A stretch of 64,000 bases of DNA from Camelus dromedarius (taxonomy: Eukaryota): assembly GCF_036321535.1 (NCBI RefSeq), contig NC_087449.1, positions 11,470,001 to 11,534,000 of the forward strand. Reading direction: 5' to 3'. The notes under the pieces were generated by a model. That model was not told the DNA's origin and made no database searches. It saw only the letters and a list, made by a program, of their open reading frames with translations. Of this stretch, positions 37,880-51,829 are shown piece by piece (the stretch's first letter is position 1; each line of letters starts with the position of its first letter). The position numbers and the translations under genes were made by a program.

Positions 37880-38090
37880 CTTTCTTTATTATAATACTGC
37901 ATATTACTATAAACAGCTTGCTTTTTACATTTTTTCTCATGCATTTTCTCAAGATTCTTTAAATTAGGCATTATTATCCTAGTATTCAGATGAGAAACCT
38001 GACACTAGGGCATGGCAAATGATTTGTCCAAGATCACACACACGTGGACTGGTGAAGTTGGGATTCAAATCAAGACATTACTTGTCTATA
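37880..38090 (-). mobile_element. MIR SINE
   Basis: attattatcctagtattcagatgagaaacctgacactaggg...gatttgtccaagatcacac...tgggattcaaatcaag. Confidence 0.8.
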
Positions 38091-38624
38091 TAGTATGTGT
38101 CTCTCTTTAGCCTTCTGAAAATCTTTCAGGTCACAGTTCTTTTTTTGTCCCAAAACTTTCATCCTTGATAAGCAGAAACTCTATAATAGCTTCTTATCCT
38201 TTCGCCTAGGAGAAGTTAATAAAGCCATGCTATAATACCCAACTATTAAGCAGACCTCACTGTAAGAATCCATTAATTTATTAAGTCACTTGTAGAATTA
38301 ACTATGATTTGATTGTCCATATAATTCTCAGTCAAGATCATATTTGCCATGACTTAACAATACCAAAAACTGAAAGTAAGCACTTGTGCAGGTAGGTGAT
38401 TTCCTTCTAAGTTATGCATTTGTATATGGATAAAAATCTTACAGCTGCCACAGTCTTTCCTTCTGAAGAAGCCTCAAATGATTTGCAATGAATCAAATTC
38501 TATCTTAAATAGAGTAAGTAAATAGTTCATTTTAGTAGAAACTATTGTCACTACATCAGCAATTTTCATTTAAAAGTGTGCATTACTTATTCAGCTATTT
38601 GAAAGATGGTATTAGAGTGGAGCT

Positions 38625-38796
38625 NNNNNNNNNNNNNNNNNNNNNNNNNNNNNNNNNNNNNNNNNNNNNNNNNNNNNNNNNNNNNNNNNNNNNNNNNNNN
38701 NNNNNNNNNNNNNNNNNNNNNNNNNNNNNNNNNNNNNNNNNNNNNNNNNNNNNNNNNNNNNNNNNNNNNNNNNNNNNNNNNNNNNNNNNNNNNNNN
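38625..38796. other. Assembly gap (172 N)
   Basis: Run of N bases. Confidence 1.
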
Positions 38797-39539
38797 TCCT
38801 CTTTTTTGTCCTCATACTTATTACAAATTGTAAAAAATTCTGAGTGTCAGTTTAAGAAGAGAAAGCCCAGGGTAATAGCCCTATTACTTATTGATCATTT
38901 TAAATTAAAAATTTTAGTGCTCTCTATTTGAAAAGTAAACCAAAAAATTATGTTTCACACAGAAGAGCTTTCAATACATAATAAGAAAAGTGTGTTTTGG
39001 GGATGTTTTATGCTATATTGCAATATCCATTAAAATGGCATTCCTATTATTAGTTAAATTTATGATGATTACTTCAAACTTTTATAATAGGTGAAAAAAC
39101 TTTGACTTACCTCTAGAGGAATGTAGAACATGAAGAATATGCTGATGGATATTTAAAAGCAACCTTAAAATATCAAAAATATTCTAATAATATTTAATGT
39201 ATAGCCCTTTTAAAACTTTAAAATTCCATAACCCTATTACAACTTTAGATAATAATAATTTCTTCATATCTTCAAAATCTCTCAGAAGTTTTCAAATTAA
39301 TCTATTCTCATATATAATTATTATGTAATTTATAACTATTAAACTATTAAAACATATTTTTCTTAGATCAATAGATTTAATTTTAAGTATATTGAAATTG
39401 TAACAGATTGTATTTAGACATTTGTTTTACTTTTAATGTTTCTTTATACACATGCACATGTATTTTTTCTATGAAGATGCATAAATTATATCATATTACC
39501 CTGTTTTTATTCTGTAAACATGTACTTACTAAATTTTAA

Positions 39540-40640
39540 CAGTGTGTTAGGCATCGTTTAACCACAAAGGACAAAATGTACCAAAAAATGCCTTTCCTTA
39601 TTAAACTCACATTCTAGAAAGGAAAACAGCCAATAAAGATAGCAAAAGAAAAAGCACAAAGTATGTTGATGTAATAAAAATGTAATGGATAAAAATAAAA
39701 CAAGGAAGAGGCAGAGGAAGTAGATGTTGGGGTGTTGCCTACAGGTTTATTTTTAGATAGGTTAGTCAATGCGGAGGACTCACTCTGAATGTGAAATTTG
39801 ATAGAGAACCTTCAGATGGTGAGCAAGTTAGTCACATGGATACCTGGAAGAAAAAAAAAATGAGGCAGAGTGTACAGCAAGTAAACTAGAGAAATTAGAC
39901 AGAGTCAAGAAAGATAATGAAAGATCAGCTTATAAACCAATGTAAAGATTCTGGCTTTTGCACATACTCAGATGGAAAGCCTATAGAGAGAATTGAGCAG
40001 AGATGTCAGACACATTCGATGACTCCATCTATTATGTTTTGAATAGAACTAAATTGTGGAAAAAGAGCAAAGGATTATAAAAAGTATTGTAATCCAGATG
40101 TCTCATATTATTGACTTGTACAAGTTTGGTGGCAGTGGAAATACAAGATGTGGTCAGTATATATGTAAAATATGCATTGAAGGTGGAGTACAGTGGGTTG
40201 ATTGATGGCTTAAATATGGTATCTAAGGAAAAAGTAAAAGAGGAAGTAAGGATACAAAACTGGGGTTGTCATGACTGAGACAGAGAAGTTTCTAAGCCCC
40301 AAGGCTAGATGGGATAACCAAGAGACTGAGTATAGGTAGAAAAGAAAGCAGGTCAGATGATTTAGTCCAGAACTCTTCAGCATTCGAAATTTAGTCAGAT
40401 GTAGAAGGAGGAGTTACCAGATCAAAAGACGATCCATGAGATATATATATATATAGATTATATATATATTAACTATCAGAAGAATTGAATGTTCTGGAAC
40501 CCAGGTGGAAAAAAAAGTGCTTGAAAAGGAGGAAATGATCTAATAAGTTATATAGTACCAATTGATCAAGTAAGAGGAGGATTGGGAATTGGCCATTGGC
40601 TTTGCCAACATGAAGGTCATTCTAAATTTAATAAGAGAAT
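39540..40640 (-). mobile_element. L2 fragments
   Basis: gtgttaggcatcgttt...aaactcacattctagaaagg..., ttggccattggctttgccaacatgaaggtcatt. Confidence 0.7.
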
Positions 40641-42344
40641 ATAAATAGGTCTGTGTGGAATTTTGCTCTAATTTTGGAAAACTGGGTTGTAGCTGAAATT
40701 AGAAATTGTCTCAAAAGAGGTGTGGTAAGGAGGAAAAAGATGATGAAGACTAAAGAAAGAAAATTAGTAGGGTGCTTTTTTTAATCAATCTCATGTTTTT
40801 AATAAAATATAACATTCTATAGAAATAAAGGTAACAAAGGTGGTATATCCATTAGTAAGATACTTTCTTAGTGTCTAAATATTTTTTAGGTCTTGTTTTT
40901 GCAGATGTTACAAACAAGAGAAGCATACACTTAAAAGAACTTCATATTATACTTCTAAGTCATGTTTATTTCTAGAAAGTGAGCTAGATGTGAAACAATA
41001 GATGGCCATAATGTCCATGTCATGGTAGAGAATAAACCATAAACTGTGACTACTGCTGAACAACTTCATTTCCCTGGCTAGTCCCAGCCTGCCAACCACT
41101 GTGCTTACTAATATCATTTAAGTTTTCCCTTTGGGCTGAGCAGTAATAAATCTTTTTTTTTTTTTCTTAGCAGCTGGACAGTCTTCACACAAATGTTGAA
41201 TTTAGATGCTCTCCAGCCTGGACAGTAACATGATGTTTGGTGTATCTTTTTAAAATATTTGAGTTACTATTCTCCACCACATATGCTGTCATGGTTAAAA
41301 CTAAAAATGATCATTTTAAGAATTATAGTTCTTTTAATTGTCTTTCAAGTCTACCAGAATTGTTATATTATTTTTAGCAAGTAGTAAAAATGTAATGGTT
41401 TGTGAAGAAGCCAAATATTTTAAGAAGTACATTTATAGGCAAAACTAATTAATGTTTGCATATCTTTGATCAGACTTAATTGATATTATGTTGTCATCCC
41501 TTCTGTTCTTTCACTCCAAGAAATTGATTGTACAAATAATGCAAAAGAAAGAAAAAGTCATTCTTACAATAATGACTTCCTGGTTTTATGGAAGACTAAT
41601 GGAGACTTACATAGACTGGGGAAAGTGTCCAAAATGATATATTTTATTAATCCAAGGCTGAGATTCAATCCCACTTCAATATCCAGATTCTCAAATGAGT
41701 TCTCTTCCTACTAAAACCAATTGGAGATTAATATTTTTGGAAAGTTAAATATATATTCAAAATTAAAACATTTTTATGTGAATGACCCAACCTCCTTGGT
41801 TACCTTAAAATTAACAGGTGGAAAAGTTATCATCTCCCCTCAATTCGATTTTCCATCACAGTTATTGGAAAGACATCCTGGAGGGGCACATTGCCCTAAT
41901 CTCCCTTTTGTTCATCACTGACATTAAATCATATTTTTGTGTTCCAGCTAGCTCCTTAATTTTTGGTTCTTTGTCAAGATGAAGACAAAAAAAATAAAAC
42001 AGCGATTTGTCACTAGATTTATTAATGTTCACTAAGGCAACCATATAATAACTGGAACTTTTCAGAGTAAAAGGAGGCACTATTAATATTATTCTAGGAA
42101 AACAGAATAAAGCTGGATCTGTATCAGGTAGACATGAATGTATAATCACTGCTAACCATTGAGTTTGGATTATGGTCCTGAAGTGGATTCATGTTTGTCA
42201 TTATCAACTCTTGATGGTTTAAAATTTTGAGAATAAGAGATGAATTGTTATGCTTAAAGTTGAAACTCTATAGTAAGATCATTCAAGCTTTGGAACCTAA
42301 TTTCACCACATCCTAGCTGTGAAATTTTGAGCAAACTGTTAACC

Positions 42345-42850
42345 TCCTTGGAGTGGTTTGCTCTTCTTGCCTAACAGACTTGCACGAAACTTAGTGTCTT
42401 AAAAGTATAATCATTTATTGTTACATATGCATCTTCAGGCCAGCTGGTATTTAGCTAGAGTTCACCTGATTTAGACTGGGTCTAGCTGGAAATCCCTTTC
42501 TGCCTGTAATAGCTGAGTAACTCTCCTTCTCACTGCAGCTCTGTGTATCAGTTAGGGCAGTTCTGCTCCAATTTTTTCTTATTATTTTTGGACTAGCAGG
42601 CAAGTTAGGGTGTGTACTTTATTCTGCAATGGCAATGGTGCAAAAAAATAAGTGGGAACTCTCCAGAATTTGTAAAACTAGACTCATAATTTGCACATTC
42701 TATTTTTCAGAGCAAGCCATTCACAGTCAAAGAATAAAGAAATGCACTCCACCCCTTTGTTTACAAAAACTGCCACAAGATGCAAGAAGGACTAAAGTAT
42801 TAGATACAATGCAATCTACTATTTGGTCTGAAATTCAGTTTCTCCACCTA
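42345..42850 (-). mobile_element. MLT1 (E/F/G-type) LTR
   Basis: aaacttagtgtcttaaaagtataatcatttatt...gggtctagctgg...gcacattctatttttcagagcaagccattcacagtcaa is antisense MLT1. Confidence 0.7.
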
Positions 42851-42891
42851 TAAGAAGAGGACAATAGTAGATCCTTAAAGGTTATTTGTTG

Positions 42892-42992
42892 TATATATAA
42901 TATTATTATAATATAATATAATGTAATATAATATAATAATATAATATAATATAATATAATATAATATAATATAATATAATATAATTAATATA
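42892..42992. repeat. (TATAA)n microsatellite
   Basis: Tandem ataat units. Confidence 0.95.
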
Positions 42993-44239
42993 TAGCTCCT
43001 TGAAGGCTATTTAGCTACTATTTGTTGGAGAAAATGTCCATACAGCATTCAATGCATAGTTGATGTTTGACACTTAGCTATTTCTCTAGTTTTATTTTTA
43101 TTCCTATTAAGAGATTAAGATGTAATGATGAGTCATTTAGGGAAAATAATTACAGTCAATAATTATTTTCTGGTATCTCTGAATGCATTTCTATGTTCTT
43201 TAAGAAAAAATAGTGCTCATAGTTGAGTCCTATTCACCAAAGGAGTTCCAAAATCAAACATTTTATATTTAAAACTAGAAAAATGATGTATTACTCCTGT
43301 GTTAGCTAGCATTTCTGAGTGTGATTAAAATTGTGCGTAACATGAAATTAAATATATTTTTAAGACATTTGTCTTTTCATTGATTTACCTTTGACAAAAT
43401 AGGTTAAAATGTATCTAAAATATAATTATAGAAATACCAAAAGTTTGGAATGAGAGCGAAAGTGGAGACAGTTTCACTCAGAAAGCTAAAGGTGGAGTAA
43501 TTTAACTCCAGAGCTCAATTCCTAGAGAATTTCCAACTCTAGAATTGACTTAAGGAAATTGTACTCTGACTTACTAAATCATGATGCGTATAAGATGCAT
43601 TTCATTAATATGAACAATGTTAATATTTTCTACCAAAGTATACTCTGTCTTGATGCTGGTAAATAAAATGAGACTTATTTTCCCTTTTTCTCACACCACT
43701 TTGGTTTTAACCTATGAAACAGAGATATCCCAACTGTTTTTATCTTCTGAATGTGTACTTTAAATGGGTTGTTCCTTAAAAATTAACTTCATTTCGTACC
43801 TAGAACGAGTGTATTAAAACTGTGCTTTAATAAATAGTAAATAAATACATTTTCCATATAATCAGAATTATAGATTACCAGAAGCAAGGAGACTAGGTGT
43901 TGATTTGTTGGGGTGATTTAGCACTTCGTAGTGTCAGGTAATAAGGTAACAATAGCTAACTAGGGAAAATATTTTTATCATAACCTACCAGCTTGCTAAT
44001 CATTCCTATCATCTTGGTGCACTCAAAGAAAATGGGACAACATCACTTTTGACTGTTGAACCTCAAAAGTTGTGGCTGTGATTCCAAATGCCAATTCTAA
44101 TTAGTCTGGAAATGAAGTTCTGGTTAAATGTATGCTTCCAGAATAATAAAACAGTTTTTACTTACTATATATTCTCTTTACTGGGATCACTGAACTTTAT
44201 GATTTTTAAATGGTAAGATTTCTAAGCTTGTACTAATAT

Positions 44240-45680
44240 GTTTCATTCATATATTAAGAATATTTATTGAGCTTCTACCAAATGTCAATCATTATTCTTG
44301 GGGCTAGAATACTGTAATAGAGACCCAAGTAAATTAATTTGATCAAAGGATCTGCCAAATCCAATGGGAAAAAATTCACATGTAATAAATAGCAAACCTT
44401 GTTTGATGGAGAAAAATAATGCAGGTTAGGGAAATTCAAAAAGTCCATCTTGGTGGCAGTTTGCATCTTAAAATAGTGTGTTCAGCAAGCTCTTCACTGA
44501 GAAAGTGAGCCTTGAATAAAGACTTAAAGAAGGTGAAAAAGTGCAGCCATATGGATACCTGGGGCAGGAAAGTTGCAGGCAAAAAAGACCCTCAGTTTCA
44601 AAGGAGCAGAAGCCAGAGGTGTGCCTGATCAGAATCAAGGAGGTCTACACAAGCATATAAAGATAAGCATAATGGGGTGAAGTGCGCAGGGCTGTGTTGT
44701 GGTGGTGGTGGTGGTGCTGGTGCAATGGTAAGGGCCTTGGAGACCACTTCAGTGTTTTGCTCAGAATGGGAAAGAAAGCCATTTGAGGGCTTTCAGAAGA
44801 ACAGCATTGTATGACTTCCTGTCCAAAAAATCACTCTGGCTTCTGATAACTATTAGAAGATTGTAAAGAAACAAGAGAGGGAACAAAGACACCAGCTAGT
44901 GGCTAGTGTGACAAACCAAGGTGACAATGATAACAGCTTGAGCTAATGTGGCAGTGGTAAAGGTGTCGAGAAGTCATCCGACGTTGATTACATTTTTAAG
45001 TAGATTGAATAAGAATTTCTTACACATTAGACAGAGAGTGAGGAAAGAAAGAAGCCAAGTGGGAAATGAAGGCTTTGTTGGTCTTTGCTACTGGAAGGAA
45101 GAAATAGAGCTTTCCTGACATGGGAATAAATATGGAGAATCTGGGTTTAGAGGAATGGCTGTTATTTTAACTTTGAGATGTTATTGAGACATGTAAATAG
45201 ATGTGTCAAGCACGTTCTTGGATATTCTGGAATCTGGAGAAGAGACTTGAATGAAAAATAAAAATGTGGAAATTGCTGGTTAGATTTAGTGGGGTTTTTT
45301 TAAAGCCAGAACACTTTCAGACCACCAAAAATGTGAGTGCAGATAAGAGAAGAGGTCCAGGAACTGAGATTTGGTACCGCAATATTTAGAGATGAAGGGA
45401 AAGGGACTACCAAAAAAAAAAAAACTAAAGACAAAAAGAGACATCGGAGAAACTGAGGGAATCTGCATTCTAGAAGCCAAGAGAAGGCATTTCAAGAAGG
45501 GAGTAATCTCATGTGTCAAATACTGCTGATGGAACAAGTGACATGAGAACCAAAAATTACTCGCTTTTTTTACTACGTGATCACTGGTGAAATTGATAAA
45601 AGGGTTTTCAAATGGAGTTGCACAGATGACAGCCTAGCTAGAAAAGGTTCAGGAGAGACTAGAAAGGCAGCATCTAGAGA
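44240..45680 (-). mobile_element. L2 long 3' fragment
   Basis: atatttattgagcttctacc..., gagccttgaataaagacttaaaga...gccatatggatacctggggc, ggaactgagatttgg, gcctagctagaaaaggttcaggagaga. Confidence 0.8.
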
Positions 45681-45698
45681 GGAGCGTATAGACACCCA

Positions 45699-46023
45699 CT
45701 ATATTTCATCAGTTTGAAGACGTACTATTTCATATTTTAAATCTCTGAAATCGGGCTGTGTATTAAAATTAACAGCATTTTGTGCTAGTTACTACGTAAG
45801 CAGCAATTCTGATGCAGTTGTCTGCCTGCTTATTCATGAATTTTGTCACAGTTGTTTAAACTTTCATCACTGCTATACAAAAATAAAACTGAAAAGCTCT
45901 TTCAATATACATAAAATAAAAATTCAAAGTAACATGAAAGCTTTGATCATAGCTTAATTAGCATTTTTCCTTTCTTAGCGATACTTACACCAACTGCATG
46001 TTATTTTCGACGTGATTCAAATA
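45699..46023 (+). mobile_element. Kanga1/MER104-like (TcMar-Tc2) DNA transposon derivative
   Basis: Starts ctatatttcatcagtttgaagacg...tattttaaatctctgaaatcgggctgtgtatt, matching recalled CCGTATTTCATCGATTCTAAGATG...AACATCTCTGAAATCGGG. The right end is decayed. Confidence 0.65.
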
Positions 46024-47799
46024 TAACAGATGTGATTATCATGGAGTTTAGCTTAGTGGGAAAATAGAAATAAGGAGATAGTTGAGGGGGGTTAGGAGGT
46101 CAATAGGGGGGTTCCTGATGGGATCCTGTTTATTTAAAATGGTCAAAATTAGGAAGTTTGTGTGCTGATGGGAAAAAATCTCATAAATAATAAAAATCTG
46201 AGGCAGCATGAAATACTTGAAGTATGTCTTTCCTGGACTTCTGAACACAGAAATATGGTTGCAATAGTGTTTATATCTGTATCAGTGGTGTTATTCTGAA
46301 ATCATTTGAGATCTTCTTGTATGTGCTCACAAAACAGAAATTGCTCTAAAATCCTTCTGTCGATTACAGACATATAGATCAATGTAAATTATATTCTCAT
46401 ATATTCAAGAAATATCAACCCTTGATCTATAAACATTAACTCACAATACTTCTACACAACTCCTTACATCTACCCCTGCAATATCTTGCATAGTTGTTAT
46501 AAATAAGTAATTTAAAATATAAAGGGGCTTCAAAAGGAAATGCTTCTATTTCTTTTTTACTGAGGTAAGAATTATATTTAATTAGCATGCAATTTTACAT
46601 ACATGCATGTATTTTAGCTGAAAATCACTATGGTTTATGACCAATGCACAGATAATAAGGTATTTCCAACTTACAAGTAGGCTTTTATAGATAAATAATA
46701 AAAATAAGTATTTCTAGAGAAATTAATTACTTGAAACTATGCTAAATGTTGTATTTGACTTCCTGTAATACTAAAAACCTGCAAAAATACATGTTACAAA
46801 GTAACTCATTTTGCAGATAATGAGGTTGAATTGAATGTAGAGTTTATTTCTTTAGAGTTAAAAATGGTCTGTAAGTGTTGGCTAAGTCTTAGATAGCTCA
46901 AAACAGCATGTAGCTCTTAAGTTAGTAAGTTATATTTCCTTTCTGTTGATCTCTCTTAATTGGTTATTTTCCAGTCTTTATGGCCAGATAGTCAAGTGTT
47001 TCTAGAAATTTTAATAGGTGTTAATAAGAAGTTAGTGTTCCATAGTCTATAATTTTTAAAAAATATAGGTAAGAAAAATACAGTTGATTATGAAAAAAAC
47101 TGTCATAACCATGAAATCCAGATACGGCATAATGTGTAATTCTTCCTTCCTGACTGTATGAGATTCAAAATCTGGGTATAAATTCACATTTATATTTTAC
47201 CCAATAATCATCACTTAAAAGTACATTGATTATTTGATGATCATCTGTTTTTGTTGGGTTATACGTTGACATTTTGTTTTTCTTAATAAAAGTAACTGGT
47301 TTAATTTATTTAAAGTATTGTTTTCCATTGTTACAGAAATGTAAAAGTTGAAAGTCACATTTGGACTATTTCTTGGCAGCAGTTAATCTGTGTTTATTTT
47401 TCCTATCCCATACATATTATCACAGTAGGTATTTTATGAGTGCATATGGCTGTCCTGTCAGTATATATCATTAAATGTTCTGTACCCCCCAAAAATCAAG
47501 AAAATCTCTTGTTATTGACTTATGGCTGCTCAAAATTCTGCTGCTATATAGACCTCCAGGTTTGTGTGGTCCTCCCAGCACCTTACTTGTCTATGACAAT
47601 AGTAATTTCCATGAGAAAATGTGTTCTCAATGCCACTGTGGATATCAGGTGGACCACACATCATCCCCCTACCCTCTAGGTGTGTCTGATGGCTACTGAG
47701 GAAGTAGTGCCAGTAAGGGGACACAAGGTAATATTTAGGACTGTGGGCTCTAGAAGAAGGCTACAAGGGGACCAACGATGACTAGCTATAAGATCATAG

Positions 47800-47960
47800 G
47801 TGTGTCCTCTGATCCCACTCAGCTTCACTTTCTACACCTCTAAAGTAAAAGTTATAATAACATCTGTGTCATAGATCATAGGCATTTGAAGGTTAAATGA
47901 TAATGTATTGCTTAATACATTGCTTAGTATGCAGTTAATGCCTAATAAATGTTGAGAGAA
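47800..47960 (+). mobile_element. MIR SINE
   Basis: ctcagcttcactttctacacctctaaagtaaaagttataataac...gaaggttaaatgataatgtatt. Confidence 0.6.
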
Positions 47961-49149
47961 CAAAAAGGAAGATGATATCATCATCTGGAGCATAATACTT
48001 TGTTCCAAATAATATCTAGATGATCGAGAATTCTTGGGTTATTAATTTTAAATGTATGTTGAATGTATATACATATGTTCGTATGTATATATATATATAT
48101 ACACATATATAAATGGAGAGAGAGGTAACTTGTTTTTTAAAATCACATTTCTTAAGAAAATAAAGAATTCCATTACAGCTATGTGCACATTAACTATGAT
48201 ACATCTAAAAATTATCAGTAAATTGACCACATTAAATTATAGTAGAAAAACATATTTTAAACAAAATTATTGAGCTATATTATGAACAGTCTAGTAATCT
48301 ATTTTCTGCACTTTTAGGATGAGATGAGGTATATAATTTCCCTTAATGGCTCTACTTAGTGGAAAAAAAGTTTGGTTACAGATTCCCAAATAATTAAAGG
48401 TCTTAAATAGGCTGCCTATGAAGTGTTCTTATTTGAATGAGCAGTCACACTTTATTACTTTGCTAAACTATGCAGTTTTATATAAGTTTATATGAGCAGG
48501 TTTGTAATATACTAATGAAATTGAATGTTAATGTTCTGCAATGTGAAAACATGTGCCTACTGGAATAAACATTCCAAAGAAGAGACACTTTGTGTAAATC
48601 TTCTTGAAACTCAATGTTCTGCAGTATAATTCATGCAGCAACAAGGTCTCTTGCTAAAAACATTTTCACGCATTTCCATCAACTTGAGATTGTTTCTGGC
48701 AGTTTGCTTGTTTGTTTTTTGCTTTGTGGTCAGGCAGACTTTGGGATCGAGAGCTGAGATTAGCAAAACGTTTGATTTTGTGAATTTCAGCAGGAACCCA
48801 GATAGGCATATGCTATAGACGTTTAGCACAATTGACAAAGGCATCTTTGTGCCAAGACTGACTACGATAAAACTTAAATCTACACAGTTTCTGTCTTTGT
48901 TTTTGTTTTTTATGTGTCCTATCTGTCTCAGTCAGTCTTCTCTTCCTTGGAAAGAGGACTTTTAGGAGTCACCTCCTTTCTTCCACCCAGACCCATCTTA
49001 TTACTTTTGTCCAAATCCTTATGAGTCCAGGGTCTGTCTTGAATTCTAGCAAATAGAGAAAAGTCTAAGTGAATATATAACTAGAGGTACTATTTGTTGA
49101 GCATCAAATGTATTGGTTTACATATTTTATCAATTCTTAAAAGTATCTT

Positions 49150-49290
49150 GGAAAATAGGAACAATTTTCTCCCTTATTATAGATGCTGAGGTTAAGATTC
49201 CTTGGTCACATGACCAGCCAAAGCCACAGAGCTGGTGTTCACCATTTATGGGCTATGAGGTCAATTCCACCTGGCTCGGGATTTAGTGCT
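49150..49290 (-). mobile_element. MIR SINE
   Basis: attttctcccttattatagatgctgaggttaagattccttggtcacatg. Confidence 0.6.
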
Positions 49291-51417
49291 GCCTGGCTGG
49301 GTAATCTGAAAAGTTAATGCCTATAAAAGGATTAATAACTAATGATGACTTCACAGATGACTCCCCCAGGTCATAGTTTTTCTTAAGGAAAACCAATTGC
49401 CTAAGCAGAAAACATGGCCATGACCATGGGATGATGTCAAAAACAGAAGAGTGTTTAAAATGGATGAACTGAAAATCTGCTGCTTTATTTATGAGTAGGG
49501 GTTTAAAAATGGCATATTCACAAATGCAACAACTACCAGAAACTGTGTAAATGAGGGGTATATACTTTGATCAAATAAGATTAGCAGAGGTTTTAGTTCA
49601 GTTGGTGGTTGTTGATTATTATTATTATTATATATATTTTTTTTAAGAATGAGAAGGATGACTTTTAAAGGAGACCTAAATTGCTTGACCCAAACAAAAT
49701 CATAATGAGGTAGAAAAATCACTGACCTAGAAGCTGAAACCCTGACTTCTGGCAAATTTATGCTTCAATGTTTTTTCAGAAATACGGATATTTTTAAAAT
49801 CTTTTGAAATAAAATTTAAGAGATTATAAAAATTACCATAATTAATAGATTTCTAATAGTACTATGCACTAAAGCATCTCTAAAAAAAAGTGTTTTTGGA
49901 CTTTTGAACAATCAGTTGACTGGCTTCTATGATTCAGGAAGAACATAGCCATCAGTCATCAGGAGTAAGATGAATTGATCAAGACATTTTTGCTATTACT
50001 TTCTGGGTTAAAATAAATTTCAGGTTACAAGGTGCTAAACTTTCACCTAGATATAAACAAGCAGTGTGCATTCTACCAGAGATTTCATCATTCAAACTGA
50101 GTCCATGTGGTTAATGTGCAGAAGTTGGAAAGTTAAATAGTTAACTGGCGTAAGGTAAATTGTTTACTGACTTTCTCTTATCTAGCAATACAAGTGGAAA
50201 CTCCAGTCACACCTTTGAATCATTAAAACACACAGTGCAACAAAAGAAAAATAGTCTTTACTTTGGTTTCCACTTAATATACCCAGAGCACTTCAGGTGA
50301 TTAAAGGCATGCGCAGTTGAATGTTTTGAGTCAGTTCGATTCAGGTAAGTGGGGCTCCCCGCAGAGAAGCCAAGACTTACTGGAGTAAAGTTCTACCTCC
50401 CTAAAAAATTCATCTCTTTGCAACTTATATATTCAGTTCCCAGGTGAAACTAAAATATGTTCCTATACAACAAACTTAAGCATTTGTCTTTCAGTGTTTC
50501 AGTTCTTAAAAACCTGAAATCTCTTGGTTAGGCTTTCTTTAGTGACATTTTTAATATTGAATCAATGCTATCTCTAATCTCCAGAGCATTGTATGTCTTG
50601 TACTCTGAAGTTGTGCCATGTAAACAAATTGTTTTTCTAATCTTTTTATAGTTTTTAAGAAAAGTTCAATCTAATCTGTACAACATCATCAAATTTTTAT
50701 TCCCTAACTCTTCTTTTATTTACAGGCAAAACTCAATTTCCAAAGATACAGATTATTGCCAGCATAACTGGATCATGGACCACAACTGATAGTATTATAG
50801 TTAAGGTTTTAGAAAATCACATCACAAACCACACTGCTTTAGTCTTGTTTTATTCTTTTTAGTAATTCAGCTTTAGTTATAATACTGTATTTTTATTTTG
50901 GGGTATTTTTTCTAAGTAGAAGGAAATGACATCTTAAATTATAAAGAAACTAATAATGTTACATAATTTCTCTTCCTGTTTAAGTTATTTCTCTTATCGA
51001 GCATTAGTTTTTATAATGTTAATGTTCACACACCTTCTAAAAAGCAGAGTCATTAGAAAAACTATTTTATTGTATTTACATACAATGAGTGCCAGGAATG
51101 TTTCTTTAAGGAGGATTAAAAGTCATTCAATTTGATTGTGAAATTGAAATTTCTTATTAAGGAATTCTTCATCCACTTTCTCAACTTTATGATGTAGGAA
51201 GTAATGTTGCCATTTTAAGGATTTTGAAAAGAATTCTCCCAGACTTGCCTAAATTGAACAATTTATAGGTAGCTAATCTGAGGTCCAAACACATTCATCT
51301 GACTATAGGAATAACATTTCTTTCAAAAGTAACTAACTAAGACCCAACACTTATTGTATACTTGTGTATGATGGTTAGTTATAAATGCTTTGGAGTATTA
51401 AATCAAACCTAATTCTT

Positions 51418-51500
51418 ACTCTCTCTCTCTGTCTCTCTGTGTCTCTCTCTTACAAACACACACACACACACTACATACACACATAAACATACACACAGAC
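51418..51500. repeat. Compound (CT)n/(CA)n microsatellite
   Basis: ctctctctctctgtctctctgtgtctctctcttacaaacacacacacacaca... Confidence 0.9.
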
Positions 51501-51600
51501 AGCATTTTATAGATGAAGAAATGAAGACAGAGAAATTAAGTAACTTGTGTAGCTAACAAGCTAGTAAGTGGCAAAAGTAAAATCAAAATCTACATTATTC
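51500..51600 (-). mobile_element. MIR SINE
   Basis: cattttatagatgaagaaatgaagacagagaaattaagtaacttg is the MIR core. Confidence 0.8.
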
Positions 51601-51777
51601 CAAATGTATTCCAAATGCAGGCTGTGGAGTGAGAATGCCTGAAACCTACCCCAGCTTCACCACATTATTCCCACCAAGTGCTCTGGTGACAGTGGTAAGA
51701 GTTTCAAACGTGCTTGTGTTGTAATATAGCTAATTGTTTGTATTTTTATAATAATTTTGAGTCTCCCTTTCTATTAT

Positions 51778-51829
51778 TTTTTATTGAAGTGTAGTTGGGT
51801 TACAATGTTGTTTTAATTTCTAGTGTACC
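51778..51829 (-). mobile_element. 52-bp L1 3' tail insertion with 7-bp TSD
   Basis: tttttattgaagtgtagttgggttacaatgttgttttaatttctagtgtac flanked by ctattat at 51771-51777 and 51830-51836. Confidence 0.75.

Noticed and set aside
38545-38931. 128-aa, 75-aa and 67-aa ORFs
   Set aside because: Artefacts of translating through the N gap.
39105-39180. 53-nt minus-strand exon candidate (LLLNIHQHILHVLHSSR)
   Set aside because: Frameshifting and unrecognised. An equally plausible plus-strand reading overlaps it, which points to chance.
43495-43550. Two small hairpins (ggagt/actcc and caattcctagag/ctctagaattg)
   Set aside because: Stems too short to exceed chance in 64 kb.
46086-46122. G-rich tract as a G-quadruplex
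   Set aside because: Only three runs of at least 3 G, with long loops.
51085-51125. ATGAGTGCCAGGAA resembling the dystrophin Dp260 first exon (MSARK...)
   Set aside because: The match ends after about 14 nt, and no dystrophin exons appear nearby.
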